Positions 62,033 through 64,000 of a DNA stretch of 64,000 nucleotides are shown here, one piece after another. The position numbers and the translations under genes are program-made. The notes under the pieces were generated by a model, which searched no databases, was not told where the DNA came from, and was given only the letters and a program-made list of their open reading frames with translations. Source of the stretch: an uncultured virus (IMG/VR IMGVR_UViG_3300035698_035306) (taxonomy: Duplodnaviria; Heunggongvirae; Uroviricota; Caudoviricetes); IMG/VR virus record IMGVR_UViG_3300035698_035306; one strand, 5' to 3'. Within the stretch, counting starts at the first letter, position 1. Each line of letters begins with the position of its first letter.

Positions 62033-63841
62033 ATGAATTTAAGAGAACTATTAACAAAGATACATGAAGGTGAAGTAACTGTCGAGATGGACGGTCATAG
62101 ATGTAACCCATTCATTGATAGATTTCAAAAAGAAGTTGAGTCAGTTGAAAAACACAGAGCAGAATATCAAGCACTTGTAGATAAAGGTGTTAAAAAGACT
62201 AAAGGTGACCATCCTGTTGACCCTGCAAATATGGTTAAAATGTATGATTATGATTTTGAAGTAAGAACAGGCAACTATATAAGAAGTATGGAGATATACT
62301 GTTTCGATTGTGGTTCAAGAATGTACCCAATTTATATGGAAGAAGATAAGACTATTCGCTTTATCAACAGTGGTACTTTTTGGAATATTGCAGATGCATC
62401 TGGTAAGAAATATGACTTTGTTGCAACAGTTAAAGATGTACCTAAATGTTCAGCAAAAGAATTAAGAGATACAGGCGTATTAAGAACTGAAATTGAGTGC
62501 CCAAGTGGACATTTAATATTTAAGAACTTCTTCAGAGATAAGTATTTCTATGAAGATGATGATAAAGTTGAGTATGGCGGTTCAGATATTTGTTGTGTTG
62601 GTGGTCGTTATGATTTAATGAAGAACTTAGCAGAAAGGAATATTGGATATGGACAGATGGGTAATACATCCGTAAATGTCTATTCAAATGACAAAAATGA
62701 AGTTATCATTGGAAGTGAAGGTTGTTTCTTAGATAATGATGCCTATTATAAGTCACACCCAGAAAAATTAAAAGAAGATAGAAATTGGGATAAAGAGACT
62801 GAACAGTATAGAGCATTCGAGACTGCAACTAAAGACATGGAGCTTAAAGGAGATATCTGTTTAGACGTATGGAGATGGCAATGTGCTGATGTAGTTGTAT
62901 TAGCTACTAAGAATGAAAAATGGAAAGAAGAGATGGATGAAGGAACTGATGTTGTTGAATTACATCTTAAGCCAGGTACTTATGTCATAGAACACTATTA
63001 TGATTTCCCTGCAAATGGGGATTATCTACACTCAAAAATTTACAAGAAATAATGGCCGCATTTGAACTATTAGTTGACATGTTTGGTAGTCGAAAGGGTA
63101 CGATATGTAAGACTGATAATGATTATCTATATCTGCCTACATCAAGTGTTAAATATACACAAGGAAAGAAAGTCATATGGTGGAAGGTCAGAGTACCTGT
63201 TGACGTTGTTGACGATTTTAATGAATATTTTAAGAAGATATGATAGACAAAGATGAAATGATTGATGAAGTAAGAACATTGATAAAAGACGTAGAAAGTA
63301 TGTCTGAAGATGTAACTTGGTTCAATGCAGGAGAAGACATGCAGAGTATAGGTGATAAAGTTGACAGCTTTCTTATCTTACATGCAGCCAAACTGAGAGC
63401 TTTAATAGAAGAATAACTTTATAGTTGCGGACTTAATTTATATATTTGAATATGGCATACAGACGAGAAGAGAACCCAGGAACATGGGAAAAGATACAAC
63501 TTTGGTGGAAAGAACGTAAGCGAATAAAAGCTGAGAAGAAATTAGCTAAAGCAGCTGATATTTTAAAAGCTGAGAAGAAATTAGCTGAGTTAAAGAAAGC
63601 TGAAGATGAAGCATGGGAAAGAGGGTTTGAAATGAGAATGGAAAGACGAAGAAAATATCCTGAACTATATGCTCCGCCACCACCAAGACCAACTGTACCA
63701 CAAGCATCAGATGATGATGATTTCTTAATATCTGCAGCAATAGGAGCTGTTACTGATAGTGCTCTATTAGGTGGACTATTAGGTGGTAACATGGCAGGTG
63801 GACTATTAGGTGATGTATTAGATGGAGATTTATTTGATTAA
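62033..63841 (+). CDS. hypothetical proteins (62033-63052, 63052-63243, 63452-63841 with a Gly-zipper-like tail)
   Basis: ORF track. Confidence 0.65.
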
Positions 63842-64000
63842 ATATTATGGAAGAAATAACAATAAAATTCAGATTACGATTGAACAGTGAAAAAAGGGGT
63901 AAGTATAAGAAAGGTGATGAAGATGATTTCTACATCAAGCTTTTAGATGAACAGTGTGGCTTATGTAGGTTTCCTATTGATAAACATTGGGACATAGTTG

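Noticed and set aside
182..63792. Many antisense ORFs inside long genes (e.g. 182+, 1577+, 17959+, 43074+, 49380+, 63433-)
   Set aside because: They are antisense to well-supported CDSs, with Ser/Phe/Leu-rich mirror composition.
1..64000. Genome-wide TAG recoding (code 15), suggested by the suppressor tRNA
   Set aside because: Long genes are intact in code 11 and many end at TAG right before the next gene.

Overview
This is an AT-rich segment of a jumbo/huge phage genome, probably infecting a Bacteroidota host (T9SS C-terminal domain protein, TonB-dependent receptor, TTTG/TTGCGA...TACTTTAG promoters, almost no Shine-Dalgarno sites). The first ~34 kb (minus strand) is a translation/RNA and NAD module. 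It holds about 49 tRNA genes, an RNase P RNA, a ~1 kb GOLLD-like ncRNA and many tRNA-mimic RNAs. It also encodes an RNA ligase, a Pth2-like protein, a TROVE/DUF2828-like vWA protein, PncA-PncB-NadE-Nudix and a TBDR-PnuC-NadR cassette. 36-50 kb is an array of probable internal head proteins carrying T4-like capsid-targeting N-termini. 50-55 kb is a strand/skew switch with repeated boxes. 52-64 kb holds small early genes on the plus strand. Main finding: six tRNA operons are each preceded by a short unannotated leader peptide, an antiterminator and an intrinsic terminator. Each leader's control codons match the tRNAs downstream (S/N/L/T/A/G/D/C; I-AUA/K/E; V/I; F/R/P; H/Y/W; M/Q), and together they cover all 20 amino acids. 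This suggests a ribosome-attenuation system that switches on phage tRNAs on demand. Other findings: seven Y-RNA-like ncRNAs sharing an ACUUAGAA bulged stem around the TROVE-like gene, and an amber suppressor tRNA upstream of amber-interrupted ORFs. All calls were made by eye without database searches; tRNA ends are approximate to 1-2 nt.
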